DNA from: Ancylonema sp.
Lineage: Eukaryota
Reading direction: 5' to 3'
DNA length: 56,771 nt
Assembly (NCBI GenBank): GCA_050230475.1
Contig: JBFLGF010000067.1
Location: 62,001-118,771 of the forward strand
The notes under the pieces were generated by a model. The model saw nothing but the letters and a program-made list of their open reading frames with translations, was not told where the DNA came from and did no database searches. Made by a program: the position numbers and the translations under genes. Position 1 is the first letter of the stretch, and each line of letters starts with the position of its first letter. Shown here piece by piece: positions 25,397-38,395 of the stretch.

Positions 25397-26012
25397 GTTG
25401 ATTCAGGTGGTTACGTGGTCAGTCGCGGATGCCGTTTACCTCATCGTTATTGCTCCTTGATGTCTGAGTGGTCTGCAACAACAGCTCAACTTCTCATATC
25501 CATTGGCCTGAGAGGCGTTATCAGTTGATCGTTGACTGTCTCACATTCCAAACAAACACATCGTTGAAAGCACAAGACACTATATGGGAGCTGTGTTGCT
25601 TGCCACGCCTACTTCAGCTGCAAAGCGTGCCGCTTGCACCTTAGTCCATGTCTCGCCAGGTCATTGTGGCGGGAAAAGCGAGTCCGTGACCTGATTAGTC
25701 AAGTTGAAAATTTTGAATTCGGAGAGCAGGCTGGAACTTTCGTTGACTTTAACAGCCAATCTCGTTTCAAAATTTACCTTAAGACCGTCGTCTTGCATTT
25801 GATATTAGCCACGTGGCTCATTTCAATTCGCTAGGGCGCAAATCGAAGTGCCGAAATCTGCCGAATCGTCACAAAAAAAGCTCAGCTCCAGCGGCAGAAA
25901 TATGACGTGGCGAAACGTTGATGTTTCTGCCTCCCGCCTTGTTGCCTTCGCCCCTAACAAGAAGTCTGACCATTCCAGCTGTCGGTCTGACAAAGAATCC
26001 GTCGCTCCCGCC
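25397..26012. promoter_or_regulatory. Divergent promoter region shared by MET1 and POLH
   Basis: 616 bp between the ATGs. E2F site GGCGGGAAAA 25668-25677, CHR-like TTTGAA 25712 and TTCAAA 25766, palindromic G-box AGCCACGTGGCT 25807-25818, ACGTGGC 25905. Confidence 0.65.
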
Positions 26013-29000
26013 ATGCCGAGGGCTAGCTCAGATGCCGAGGCGCTGCGCGTCGTTGCGCATTTCGATCTCGATTGTTTTTATGTACAGGTTGGAATTTCTG
26101 CTCCCGTGATAAGTCAGCCTAAACTTTCGCATACGAAATTTACTGAATTCCCGCCTGTGAATACGCCCCTCCTCCACCAGGTTGAGCAACGACGGCGTCC
26201 GGAGCTGAGAGGACGACCCACCGCAGTCGTGCAATTTAACGTAGTCACGTCTTCCTCCCATAATATTTGAGAACATGGTTACAAAAATACGAAAACATTA
26301 GAATTCATATATTAAGTACACGCATGCTCCTCCGCTTCATAGATCATCAATCATACAGACCCTTTAATTTGTATCCGTCAACTCGGGCTTGGGAGACAGG
26401 CATGGAAGGGAGGGGGGCTCATTGCTGTCAGTTACGAGGCACGTGCCAAAGGAGTGACACGGTTGGGCTCCTGTACCTTACTCACGTCAACTCTTCCGCT
26501 TCTGAAGGATGATTGCAATCACCCTATACCCTATAAATGAATCCATTCACATGCATTTACAACGACAGGGAGTCTTCTTACACTATCCTCTTGTTAACAG
26601 CCTGCGATTTTAGCCTCGTTTTTTAATATTAGAGGCGCTACTGCAACCCGTCCAGCGTCATCAAGTGCCTCGCATATTCGAAACACCACTTGGTCGAGTT
26701 ACACAGCCGCCACGTGTCACCCACCTCCCCCCGCCACCTGTACAGAAACATGCGGGGCGACGAGGCCCACACCAAGTGCCCTGACCTGGAACTCATTCAA
26801 GTCCCCATCGCACACGGCCATGCTGACCTCACAACCTACCGGGCGGCCGGCTCTGAGGTTCCCCCCCCCCTTACCCCTCTTATTCCTCTTACCTACCCCA
26901 GCAAAAGCAGCGCATGTACCCCATCAACTCTAAGCCCATGAATTAGTTTGTACCATACCCATTCCTTTTAGGTGCCACCTCCCCCCTTACCCCTCCAGGT
27001 GGTTTCCATCCTTCAGAGAGTGGGTAAGACGGAGCGCGCCTCCATCGACGAGGCCTACATTGACCTCACTGCGGCCGCCCGGGAGAAAATGAAGACACAG
27101 CCCTTCCAGACCCGCGCCCTTCCTGCAGACACGGCTGCGACTCACGTGCTGGGACTGCCCTCCTCAGTGAGCCTCGGCTACACCTGGATACAGGCACGTG
27201 TGACGGGGGCGAATGAGAGTCGGCATGCTGACTCAGCAGGTGCGGTGCAGGAGGAGGGGGCGGTGGCCACCTGGCTGTGCGACCCTTTTGCCAGTGAGGA
27301 GCAGCGGCTGCTGAGTGCGGGGGCGGTTATTGTGGCAGAACTGCGGGCGACCATTGTGGCAGAAACCGGATTCACCACTTCTGCCGGCGTGGCTCACAAC
27401 AAGATGCTCGCCAAACTGTGCTCTGGCCTCCACAAGCCCTTCCAGCAGACCCTTCTGCCAACCCCAGCAGTGGCAGAACAGCTGGACAGCCTGCCCATCC
27501 CAAAACTGTGAGCTTCTCAGTAAGCATCCCCCAGATTACCTCTCTATACCCTCTCCTCTTTCTTACCCCTGTCCTCCCTGTCCCCCGGTGCCACGCACGC
27601 CAGCAAGCAGCTGGGCGGCAAGCTGGGGCAGAAGGTGCAGGCAGAGTTGAAGGTGGAGAGTGTGGGGGAGGTGAGGGCCTTCCCACAGGCGAAGCTGCAG
27701 GAGCTGCTGGGGACTAACGCCGGGTAACCGCAACCTCGGGTAACCAGTTTGGGGGTCAAATGCAGTAACTGGAAGATCTGAAAGTGGAGAGGGAGAGAGG
27801 CTTCCACATGAGAGACAGGTGTAGAGAGAGAGAGAGGAACATAGAGCCGAATCCGGGAACCACCACCCCCCCCTCCACAGAGAATGGCTGTACCTGGCCT
27901 GTCGAGGCATAGACGGCAGTGCCGTGGCAGAAAGAGTTCTGCCCAAGTCCCACAGCTGCGGCAAATCCTTCTTCGGCCCCGTCAACATGCTCAGATACTG
28001 GCCTCAGGTGCCCATCCCCCATCCCCCATCCCCCATCCCCCATCCCCCATCCCCCATCCCCCATCCCCCGCTGCCAGAAAGAGTCCGCTTTAAGTAATGG
28101 CGCCTGTCTGGACTGAAGTCAACCCTGGAGTAAAGTCAAACATCAATTCTTGGGTCGCCAGGTGGAGAAATGGGTGACCGAGATGGCATCTGAGCTCTGG
28201 GAGCGTTTGGAGTCGGACTATGAAGACAACGGGCGGAGAAGTCGTCTCCTCACCACCCACGCCTCCTTCGTTTTCGTAAACACAAAACCGCGAAACCACC
28301 CAACCACAGAACCACAGAACCACAAAGACACAAAAAGGCAAAAAGACAACAACCCAAAAACACCCAAAAAAAAAAAAAAAAAAAAAACTACACCACACTC
28401 CTTCCACCAACTACCCCTCACACCACCTCTTTCCACAACCCCTCTGCCTGACTGGCAGGGCCGTCCCCCCAACGAGAGCCACAAACACGTGTCCAGATCG
28501 GCCCCCCTGAGGGAGGGCGCCGCTGCCATAGCAGGGGATGGGATGACCGCATTAAGGAGGCTGTGGGTGGAGAACCGTCCAGACCCCACAGCAGAGTGGG
28601 GAGTAGAGGGGTTAACCGTGGGGGCTTCCAACATCACAGCACCTCCCCCTGTAAGTGCCTCCACGGATGATGACGTCATGGGGATGACGTCATCACGATG
28701 TCATCATGTCGACAGCTGATTGAGGCGGTGGGTGGCAGGGAAACGCTTCCATCAAATACTTTATGTTGCCTTCAACGACCCCCCGTGCGCTCCCAGAGGA
28801 GAGTCTACGGGCGGACCCGGGCACAGTCCCTCCAATGCCAGGTGGCAGCGGGGGAGAGGATGCTGTCTGCGGTGGGATGGAGGAGGTGCCATGTGGCGGC
28901 AGAGGAGATGTGCCAGGTGGCAGGGAGCCACAGGGAGTTACCACGGCTGAGTCAGCAGATGGGACAGGTGGCACTCACAAGGCACGGACACGCGGCGGCT

Positions 29001-29557
29001 CAGAACAAGAGACGCTTGTGGAGTGCATTAGGAAAGCGGCTGAGAGAGGTGTCAGGGAGGGACAGGTGTCACTTTGTGAGGAGCCGAATGTGCGACACCC
29101 AGTCAAGGCGGGACGGGACAATCCGCGCAGCAGTGGTGACGTGGCAGACCCTGTCGACAATGTTGCTGTCGCTAACGAAGCAGATGGCTGCCACCTGGCA
29201 GCGCCATCATTGCAGAGAAGCTCAGAAGCCACATCAGCACCCCTTGGAGGGACCTGTTCCCCACCTCCCCTGCCATCACAACAAAAACCAATGCTTGGAA
29301 AGAAGGGGCATCAGTGTGACAGTCTAAAAACGCTGTGGGACCAGGCAGTGACAGGTGTCAAAGTCCCCACCCACCGACAATCTCAAGTCGAAGTCCCCTG
29401 GGAAGATGTGTATGCTGAGGGCAGCGTAGAGGTGGATGTGTTGGCGGCATTGCCGCCCGTGATAAGGAGGGAGGTAGAGGCCTCGCTATTGCGTGCAAGG
29501 AGACAAAAAAGGGCCAAAGCAGAAGCACCCAAGGGTATATCAAGGTTCTTTACGTGA
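26013..29557 (+). CDS. POLH: DNA polymerase eta (Y-family translesion polymerase), multi-exon
   Basis: MPRASS..VVAHFDLDCFYVQ, VEQRRRPELRG..AVVQFN, GGGLIAVSYEAR, MRGDEA..CPDL, RASIDEAYIDLT, SAGVAHNKMLAKL..HKPFQQT, KQLGGKLG, PKSHSCGKSF. C-terminal UBM-like VLAALPPVIRREV and PIP-like GISRFF. Splice phases are consistent. Confidence 0.95.
28011..28069 (+). repeat. (CCCCCAT)n heptamer microsatellite in a POLH intron
   Basis: Tandem cccccat units. The copy at 8738-8803 has one more unit. Confidence 0.9.
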
Positions 29558-31778
29558 TGTGGTCTATGTTGGCGGAGTGGTGTCGGCCTCTCATCTTATT
29601 TTCCTTCTTGCAAGCTTGTTGGCAACAAATGGTCACAATGTACAGGAGCTTGTGGTCGCTTTATAATTCAATAAAATGGGAGGAGTGAGAGTACGCAAAC
29701 CAACAACTCAAATCCATCTCCCCACAATCCTCAAATGCAGTTGCAAATATAGTTCCATCCTAGTGACTTTATGCATCCTCACTGTCATTGTTGAAGGTTT
29801 GGATGTTTTGAGAGGCTAATCGAAAACTAGTATTCACTAAACCCCCTATTGGTCAAAATTTCTCCCAACCTCGTAACACATTCAAAATTGTGACAAATGG
29901 ATTCCTCGTTGATCTTGTCAACTTATGGTGATTGGGTTCGTTTCGTTAAGAATCGTCGACAAAAACATAAATCCAAAATTCTTATGCCACGGGTTTAGGG
30001 TGCGACAGTTAGAGCGATGTTTTTGACAGTGTTTGGCCGGAAAGTGGACTATCATTCGTGGAAAATGTGGTTAAAACGGGCTTATCAACAACTTGTGGAG
30101 CCTCAGAGTGAAGTTGCAGCAAAGTGGTGCTTATCAAGTAAGAGGCATTTGCGAGGTGTGTGTAATTATGTGACGCGATGTATGGTAGATTATGTGGAAA
30201 GGCTAGGCTATCTCTAAAGCGTTGATGACTTGCCATTTTGGGGGAAAGTGGTAAGGCGGCTACCGGAGTTTGACCTACGATGGCGTTAGCGTAATGAACA
30301 CATCTCCTATGTGAATTCAATTGATAAGACAATATCTTGTACTAACCAATCATGGCTTACAGATTTTTCTGAACTCATCATCATCGATATGACTAAGTAA
30401 GCTTTATACAGCTTTTGTGTGATACAAAATGTTGATACTTGCATGAGCCATTATGTGTCTTCATCATCGGCGCTCGTGCCCACACACACACACACAGTGT
30501 CTAAAGATACTGCAAAGTTGACGCTAGGGGGGGTATACATTACCTTTAAAAGTGGGAGAATGAGGACTTTGGACATATGAGTTGGCTAATTGAAAATCGA
30601 TGATCAATGGGTTCATTTACGTGTTTCTTCGGATATTACGGTGTAAGGCCCGGGGGTTTAAGGTAATGGGGGCTTTAAAGTAAACCCCCCGAAGTTGCTA
30701 TTGTACGACATGTGACAGGGGGGCTGACTTCAATTCATTGTAACCGAATAAGAGAATAATGGAGGGAATGTATTGTTGGAAAGGAATACCACAAGCATTA
30801 TTCAGGGTAATTCATGTTATTGCTACGTGGAAATAGGTTGAGACGATTGTGCGAGGTGAATTACTTCACGGGGTAGCTTTTTTCCTCAAGACTGACATTT
30901 TGCACTTTGTCGGCCCGGGCTAGCCCGATACCGATGCCTACGCATCCTACTTTTCCCAACGTAACGGTTATACAGATATGGTGTACGGTACTAGTCCAAA
31001 GTTTGCGAAATATTGTACGAATGAATGTATTAGAATGAATTAGAATGAATTGAACACAAATAATTACCATTTGAAGAAATATTTTTGATGCAGAGGCCCT
31101 AGGATCTTCACGCTCTCATTAATCGACAACTTCTCTGTGAGGGGGGTTTGAGCGCTCCGGTTTGATTGGCCGGGCGAAGTTGCAAAAGTATCGGTGGGTC
31201 GAGGTCCATCCCCCAGCGCCCCCATTCCCGTTTGGATTGGGGACGCGCACAATGCAGCGCAGTTGTCCCGTTGCGGTTCCGTCAATTTGTGAAACGCACA
31301 TCTGCGCTTCCCCTTCCTGCTTTAGAGATTCCGATCGAGGCTCGATCCAATGGAATGGATCTAGCCACTTCTCGCGTTAGATTTTCTGCGGCAAAAGCTC
31401 ATAAACTTCACTTGCCAATGACATGAGCCGTTAGCCTATCCAGACTGAGACGGAGCCTGGCAGGATTTGATTGGCTGTATACAATCGTAGATTATCTGCT
31501 GCCCAATCCTCATTTAGTTTAGGTGCCTCGGCACACGCCGTCGAAGTAGACAGCGGAGTCCGCTCTATCTATTAATGATCGCGACTCCTGCCACGGGTGA
31601 TAGTATAATTTCGATTCTTGCCCCACTAGTCATCGCAACCTGGCCGGAGGCAGGCACCGAAACGAAGATTTGCTTTACTCCGAGGAAAGAAGCCTATGCC
31701 TCGCTACATACATGCAGTGATAATATCTGCAAAAACGAGAAGAAGTTGTGAGAGACACTGTGCACGATGCATTCAGCA

Positions 31779-32823
31779 ATGGCGCAACGAATGGCCTTGA
31801 ATGCGCTGAGCCCTGCGCTCGGCAGTCTGCCAACCTCTGCAACTGAGGGAAAACTGAATGGGCACCAAATGAGAGTCTCTGAAAGAGCATCTGACTACCG
31901 ATGGGCAGCCCCTCGTTTCCTCCAGGTTGCAACAGAAGGGCATCCAAGTGTCTCTCATCAGACTGCCAGGCTGGTATGACAACTCTAAATTGCATTATGT
32001 GGGGAATGGGAGCTCCCACACTCATAGATAGATGTGCAAGGGCGCGATGTCTCGAGGGACCAACAGCATGTAATGTACTGGAACTGCTCATGTTGGAACT
32101 GACAAATTGTTAACATAGATGCTTGCAAATTTTCTTATTTGTCAGTTTCTTTTATTTTTGTTGGTTCCGAGTCAGGTTGTGCTGGCTTGGGAAGCCAGCA
32201 TTCAAAAGTTACATTTGGCAGTGGTTTCTAATGTTAAGATAACTTCCGTTTTCTTTGCTCAGGCACCCCAAGCCATTTTAGGCAATGGCCTGTTTACGCA
32301 GACGAAGCCAGAGGTGCGGAGAGTAGTCCCCAAGCCTCAATCCGGGACAGTGGTGGTGAAAATCGTCTACGTCGTTCTGGAAGCACAGTACCAGTCATCG
32401 TTGACACAGGCTGTGCGCAGCATCAACAAGAATAGAAAGGATGTGAACATCGAGGTGGTGGGGTACCTTGTCGAGGAGCTGCGGGATCCCGAAAACTATG
32501 CCATGTTTAAACACGATCTGAGCACAGCCAACATCTTCATCGGTTCTCTCATCTTCGTGGAGGAACTCGCCGTGAAGGTGCGGGAAGCAGTGGAAATCGA
32601 GAGGGAACGGATGGATGCAGTGCTGGTCTTCCCATCCATGCCGGAAGTGATGCGGTTGAACAAGCTTGGAACCTTCTCCATGTCCCAGCTCGGCCAATCA
32701 CGAAGCGCCATCGCAGAATTCATGAAAAAGAAACGAAATCTCCGCTTCTTATGGGATAGAAAGTTTTATTCCACAAAGTCAGACTCACTCCAAAAACTTG
32801 TCGTGCCAAATGCATCACCTTGA
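31779..32823 (+). pseudogene. CHLH: Truncated magnesium chelatase subunit H (transit peptide plus N-terminal domain only, ~251 aa)
   Basis: Exon 31779-31973 spliced to 32263: [76 protein letters not shown]. Similarity ends at MKKKR (~32736), stop at 32823, no further CHLH exons in the window. Confidence 0.9.
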
Positions 32824-33008
32824 ACGATTACAGACCAGACCAGCATGGAGGTGTGTGATATTCATATTACATTGATGCTCATCTTCTACGTGCCGATGTG
32901 TACGATGTCATGCCGCGGATTCCGAGCACAATCACAGCAATCGATGTGCGATATTTCCAGAAGCAATTTGGGCTGGATTCTAAGACCCTAAACGTCTGTC
33001 GTTTTCAG

Positions 33009-33175
33009 AAAAGTATCGGAAGGACTTTGGACCCACTATGCGCAATGGATGGCGGTTTTGGGTTCCCGCAAGTATCGCCAACTTTGCTCTCGTGCCCTTG
33101 CCACTCCGACTCGTCTTTTCCTCCTCTTGCTCGCTCGTTTGGAATTGCTACGTATCGATGTGTGCTGCACGGTAG
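33009..33175 (+). pseudogene. Orphan terminal exon of an Mpv17/PMP22-family membrane protein
   Basis: After the acceptor ttttcag: (E)KYRKDFGPTMRNGWRFWVPASIANFALVPLPLRLVFSSSCSLVWNCYVSMCAAR*, matching the family W-x-x-W-x-P..NF..VP..R......WN-x-Y pattern. No upstream exons found. Confidence 0.8.
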
Positions 33176-33440
33176 CATTGTTGAATCAATACATTGACCA
33201 AACGATTGCGTTTCAATATGAATGAATGTGCATGTCGAATTGACCAGTTTCCGATTTCGCTGGGGGAGTAAACTTTGCTCGCCGTGTGTATGTGTATGTG
33301 CAAATGTACTTGTATACGTATGTAGGGACGGAGAGACCGGCTCGCTCATTAACATTCACTAACATTCATCAGAAATATCAAGAAAACAGTTTCCAAACAC
33401 ACTACAGATTTGATCAACTTTACCATAATCCATGATGGGA

Positions 33441-33443
<3 letters not shown>

Positions 33444-33515
<72 letters not shown>

Positions 33516-33533
33516 TGAGTGTGTGTGTGTGTG
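33444..33533. repeat. (TG)n microsatellite
   Basis: About 45 TG units with few interruptions. Confidence 0.95.
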
Positions 33534-34684
33534 CACATGATGGAGTCATAAGCTAGAGGTGTACCTACATAGAGGTGTCATGTAAGAGATGTCATGTATT
33601 TTAATGATAGTGTTGTGGATGAACCATGTCAATGCAAAGGCAACTACACGTTTCGAAGTATACACAATGTAGGCTCGTCAAGTATCTTGCCATTCAGTGA
33701 TTCGATGCAATGCGATTTTATGAGCTGAGAGTTACAAGAGCGAAAATGTCCACAGAAAGCTGGACATGAAAGGTCGAAAGGTATTTCGTGAGTGGGTTGA
33801 ATACCTTTGAATAACTTTCCAATGGCTTACTAAAAAGACCAAAAAATAATCCTAGAAACCAGATTTCCTTCGACAAATCTGTTATGTCCTTACCGAACCT
33901 GCTTGTGAGTGAACTGGCGCCACTATATCTCAAAGCAGAGCACCACTTAGAGTATGCAAGCAAAACATAAATTGCAAAACAAGTATTGTATGTAGAGTTG
34001 GTTGTCGACAACATTCGCAGTGTATGGGTGGTCAAAAAATATTTTGTTAACCACATTCATTTTCAATTTATGCATTCAATTTACTCGTGTACTACTTGGT
34101 TGCATGTTCAGCTTGGGCAAAAAGTATTATCCTCCCTCATGCTCGTTGATTTGATTCGAACCATTGAATATGGTAGGAGCAACTTGGTACCATGTAGTGA
34201 TGACGTGGCAAAGCAAGAACTTTATGTGTATTAAATATAACCCCCCAGCATTCCGACAAATAACTTTTGAGGTGAGGTGAGGCGAGGAAATTGCAAATTC
34301 CAAGTGCACTCTGTTTCAAATTTCGAAATCATCACTATTGTTGTTGTGTTTGTAGAGAGAGTGAGTAATGCTGACCGTCCAACAAAACCTATATCAGCTT
34401 GTATCTTTGCATTTCACGATGATGAGAATCACAACAACGTTTTCATTTGCGTGGCAGCATTGCATGTGTGGTGAACAATTTCTTTATGAAGGCCTAGTAT
34501 TGAGGATCTCACACATGACCAAAATTATGGAGGGTACGCAAGCTACTGGCTTATAAAACCACGACTCCCACACAATTCGTACAAGTGCACAACCTTTTGA
34601 AGTAGCCATTTGATACACCAGTGAGCTATTCAGATATAGATGAGGTTGACCGATGGAGCTATTCATATTTTATATCCTCAAACT

Positions 34685-37600
34685 CTATTTTTGTCTGTGC
34701 CGCCATTGGCCCAATCTTTTGTCAAACTTTTCTTCCAGGTCTTGTTCGTCCGTCTTATTACCATCTGTTGCGAATGACGGGAGCAAAGGACTCTTTTCAG
34801 AGGTGGGAGAGGCATAGCTCGGGGAGTTGACACTCTCTTTCTTGTTGCTCATCGCCCCTTGCTTTGCTACCTTGCTCACGTCCCTCCCTTTCACAAAATT
34901 GTATGTCGCCACCCCTGCCAAAGCTGTTAAAACGGATAGGCATGGGAGGACTTCAAGATGTTAGCGTGTATAGACCTATTTTGTGACCTAAAACTACATT
35001 GTTCAGCGTCTCCTCGAAGAGTGGAGGAAGATGTGAAATTGATGTATACATGAATTATTATGCAACGACGCACGACTTTTGGTCATAGAATGAACTGGTA
35101 TATAGTTATGACTATCTCTTTAATTGATGAGACACACGTTTAACATAACCGAACGACGGGGTCCCCATCTTGTTACAACGAAAAGATGTCTGATGCAAGT
35201 GAACTAATGCCTGTTCTTCAGTTAAGATCTGGAAGTGTGATCGTTGATAGCATCACACTCCAACAGTGTCGCATCACCTCATGTGCTTTGCCAAATACCT
35301 TCATCCAAAGCCCTAAGGGTTGTACACGTAATGGAGTCAAGTTTCCCGTAAAACTGACCTAATGAGTATCCACCAATCGTGAGGCCACTCAACTCGGAGT
35401 CCGTAAAAAGAAGAGTGGAAATGGAGATGATCACCCACTCCTTGAGCACACCGACCACGCGTACTGTCACCGCCCCCGTCCGCCCAATGACAATAAAAAT
35501 GGCGAAATTGAGAGCCAAGGCACACATGGCGTTGGCGAAGAACACCCAGGGGTCGAAACGGAAGCCTAGGGCCATTTTAGGCCACTCCAAGAAGGCCCAC
35601 GGAACGACCAGGAAGAGCAGGCTGCCCCCCGCACAAGTTGTGCAACGCATTGGCGAATGGGGTGTCAAAGGTGAAGCGGGTATACATCTCACATCTTACA
35701 TCTGATATCTGATCTTTGGCAGAAATACCATTCCCCCGCGCAGATCCTCACCTGCATGGTGCGATGTAGTAGAGACTGGTGATGGGGTTGAGGTTGAGCC
35801 CTTTCTTTTGCAGTAGCGCCTGCGTGAGCACCAGGCGAAGTGCCTCGGCACAAATGCCTGCCACCTGGTAGGTTGCGCCCAAGGGATGGAAGTGGATTTC
35901 GCCATAAGACGCGATCGCCACCCAGGCGCTTATCCACACCATGATGAAAAATATGTCGATCCGGTGTCGGTCGGTGCCCAATAAGATGGCAAAAAGGAAA
36001 GTAGCGACTGGCACTGAGTGGGGAAGGGGGTTATGGGGGTCAGAGGAGAAGGGGATCAGGGCCTAAGGGATGAAGGGGTAAAGGGGTAAAGGGGTAAAGG
36101 GGTAAAGGGGTAAAGGGGTAAAGGGGTAAAGGGGTAAAGGGGTAAAGGGGTAAAGGGGTAAAGGGGTAAAGGGGTAAAGGGGTAAAGGGGTAAAGGGGTA
36201 ATGGGGATAGGGGGTGCCAGACGGGAGCTGAATCGGAGTTCAGAATGAGTGTATTTGGGTGGAGTGGGAGGGGGTCTCACTCAACGACTTCAGCATTTGG
36301 ATGAATGCCACCGAGATGTAGAGGTACGCAGAATTCCCCAGCCTGGGAAACCATGTCCCCTCAGAGTCACTGCCAGTTCGGGTGGGGGTGGGGGTGGGGG
36401 GGACCTCACCACAGGCTGGCGGCAAAGCATGCACTGATGGGGACAACGGAGCTCAAGTAACTGTGACCAACCAGAGATGACCGCGGTTAGAGGCGAGGTT
36501 CATTCACTGCACGTTTATCATAAACCTGCCAAACAACTCTGCCTCAGATTTTCTGACTGCTGGCGGTGAAGTGACATCATTACTCAGCTATGACATCATC
36601 TCTCGCATCATCGGGGATGCGCAGTACCTCATAGAAGCCATTACAATATAAAATCTTGCTAAAATTATCATATATGTATACATATATATATATATAGATA
36701 CATATATATATATAGATATATAGATATATATATATATATACACAGATATATGTATATATATTTATATATATATATATATGTATGTATATATATATACATA
36801 TGTGGTGTATCATTACAGGCTTGGATACATTTCGGTGCAGCCCAAGGTACACACACAACGAATGGTCGAGGAAGGTTGTGGGGAGTTATGGTGGCACATG
36901 GTAGTTGTGTGGGAAGGGAATCTCACACGCCGGGACTCATACCCACTGGTTTGACCACCTGGCCACAGATACACACCAGGAGAAAGGAACAGGGAAATTA
37001 CAGATTCAGTGAGGGTGGAAGAAAACGACCCTGGCTCCTGCAGACATGCATCGAACTATAGAGACTACCTGCCTGGTGCGTAGCACCTGGAAGAAGAAAC
37101 GTGGAACTACGCAAAGTCATCGGAACCGTTGTTGATTGTGATGCGCTTATTTCATCATTGATCATATTTTTTGGTTTTTATTTTTTTTCGCATCTCCAAT
37201 AATTGATACCATACTTTCTTGGCTTATGTCCAGCTGACGATACCAACCTGTGTAACTCCCATTCGATTTGATTGGATGCTTATAAGGTATGTGTGGTGAT
37301 CCAGATCTACATTCACACACACATTGAAGTATTTGAAGACGTGTGAGACTGCATACATGGATTCACTGCGGCATGCAACAGGTTACACACACAGACGGGT
37401 ATCATGTCTGTAGACGGGTATCATCACCATGACAGGCATCATATGTATGAGCAAAGGTCATGTGTCCACATCAAACAGCATTGATTATGCGGCATGATTA
37501 GGTTGACTGGTAGCAAAGGAACCAAATTTGGAACACCTGAAAATGCTACACAACTGAATGGTCTACAGAGAAGGAAGTCTGTAGCTGCCGGGAACGCAGG

Positions 37601-38395
37601 AAACCCAGAGCTCAACTCACTGCAGATCCCGCACTTTCGGGTCATAGCTCGGCGACATCATCCCCACATAGATTGGGAGGACATGCTTACTGATGATTGG
37701 AGACCAGCAGCAGTAACTATGTTGATATTTAGAGAGGGGTCCGACATTTTCACATGCCAGATGGCACTTCGGTGACAGCTGTACATTTGTTTTGAGGAAC
37801 TGCTGTTGGTGTGTAATGCAGTCGTGACAGAAGCAGGTCAGAAAGCCAACCTTGAGGACTCTGACGAGGACGAAGGCAATTATGGTCGAGAAAGCCATGT
37901 GGAGGAGAGTGAGGGCGATAGGGAAGGGGAAGCCGAAGTATTTCTTTGACAAGATGTACTGCACAAAAAGTGATTCGATGTTACTTTTAGGTTTAGTGTC
38001 AAGAAACCAGGAATGAGGCAGGTGATGTGCACCCAAAAAGTATAATTTACAACAGTTTATGTGCCCCTATTCTACCACTTATGGTTGGATGTAAGTTTTG
38101 TCCATGTCTCGGAAAGAACACTCGATATGTGATGATCATGTCAGACACTTTAGGTATCGGCCAAATCAATGCAACGGGTCGACTCACAAATACATAAATC
38201 AAGACGTGACACGACTGGATATGATTGTCAGTTCCTGCATTCTCCATTCTCCCAAAACTTTGTTGCATGTGTGACGAATGGAAATGTAGGTACACAACAG
38301 CGACCATGCACCTTGTTGAAAATGATGACTGCCGTGGACAAGGCGACGTACAGCGCAAAATACAAGTACGTCACTACAGACGAAGTTCCAGCCAT
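34685..38395 (-). CDS. TPT/nucleotide-sugar transporter family protein (probable sugar phosphate/phosphate translocator), multi-exon
   Basis: [141 protein letters not shown]. Confidence 0.92.
36075..36201 (+). repeat. (GGGGTAAA)x16 octamer array in a transporter intron
   Basis: G4 tracts every 8 nt from 36075 to 36195. Confidence 0.95.
36668..36802. repeat. (TA)-rich microsatellite in an intron
   Basis: Interrupted TA run. Confidence 0.9.

Noticed and set aside
30017..30290. 66-aa ORF MFLTVFGRK... downstream of POLH (copy at 10745)
   Set aside because: No recognisable family and no splice support.
30525..30690. Short inverted repeats (cattacctttaaa / tttaaggtaatg, gggggttta / taaaccccc)
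   Set aside because: Could be MITE debris, but no clear termini or target-site duplication could be defined.
36420..37850. Apparent missing coding segment in the transporter gene
   Set aside because: Resolved by a 32-nt exon ([11 protein letters not shown], ~36927-36958) splicing in phase to YLSSVVPIS, so the gene is intact.
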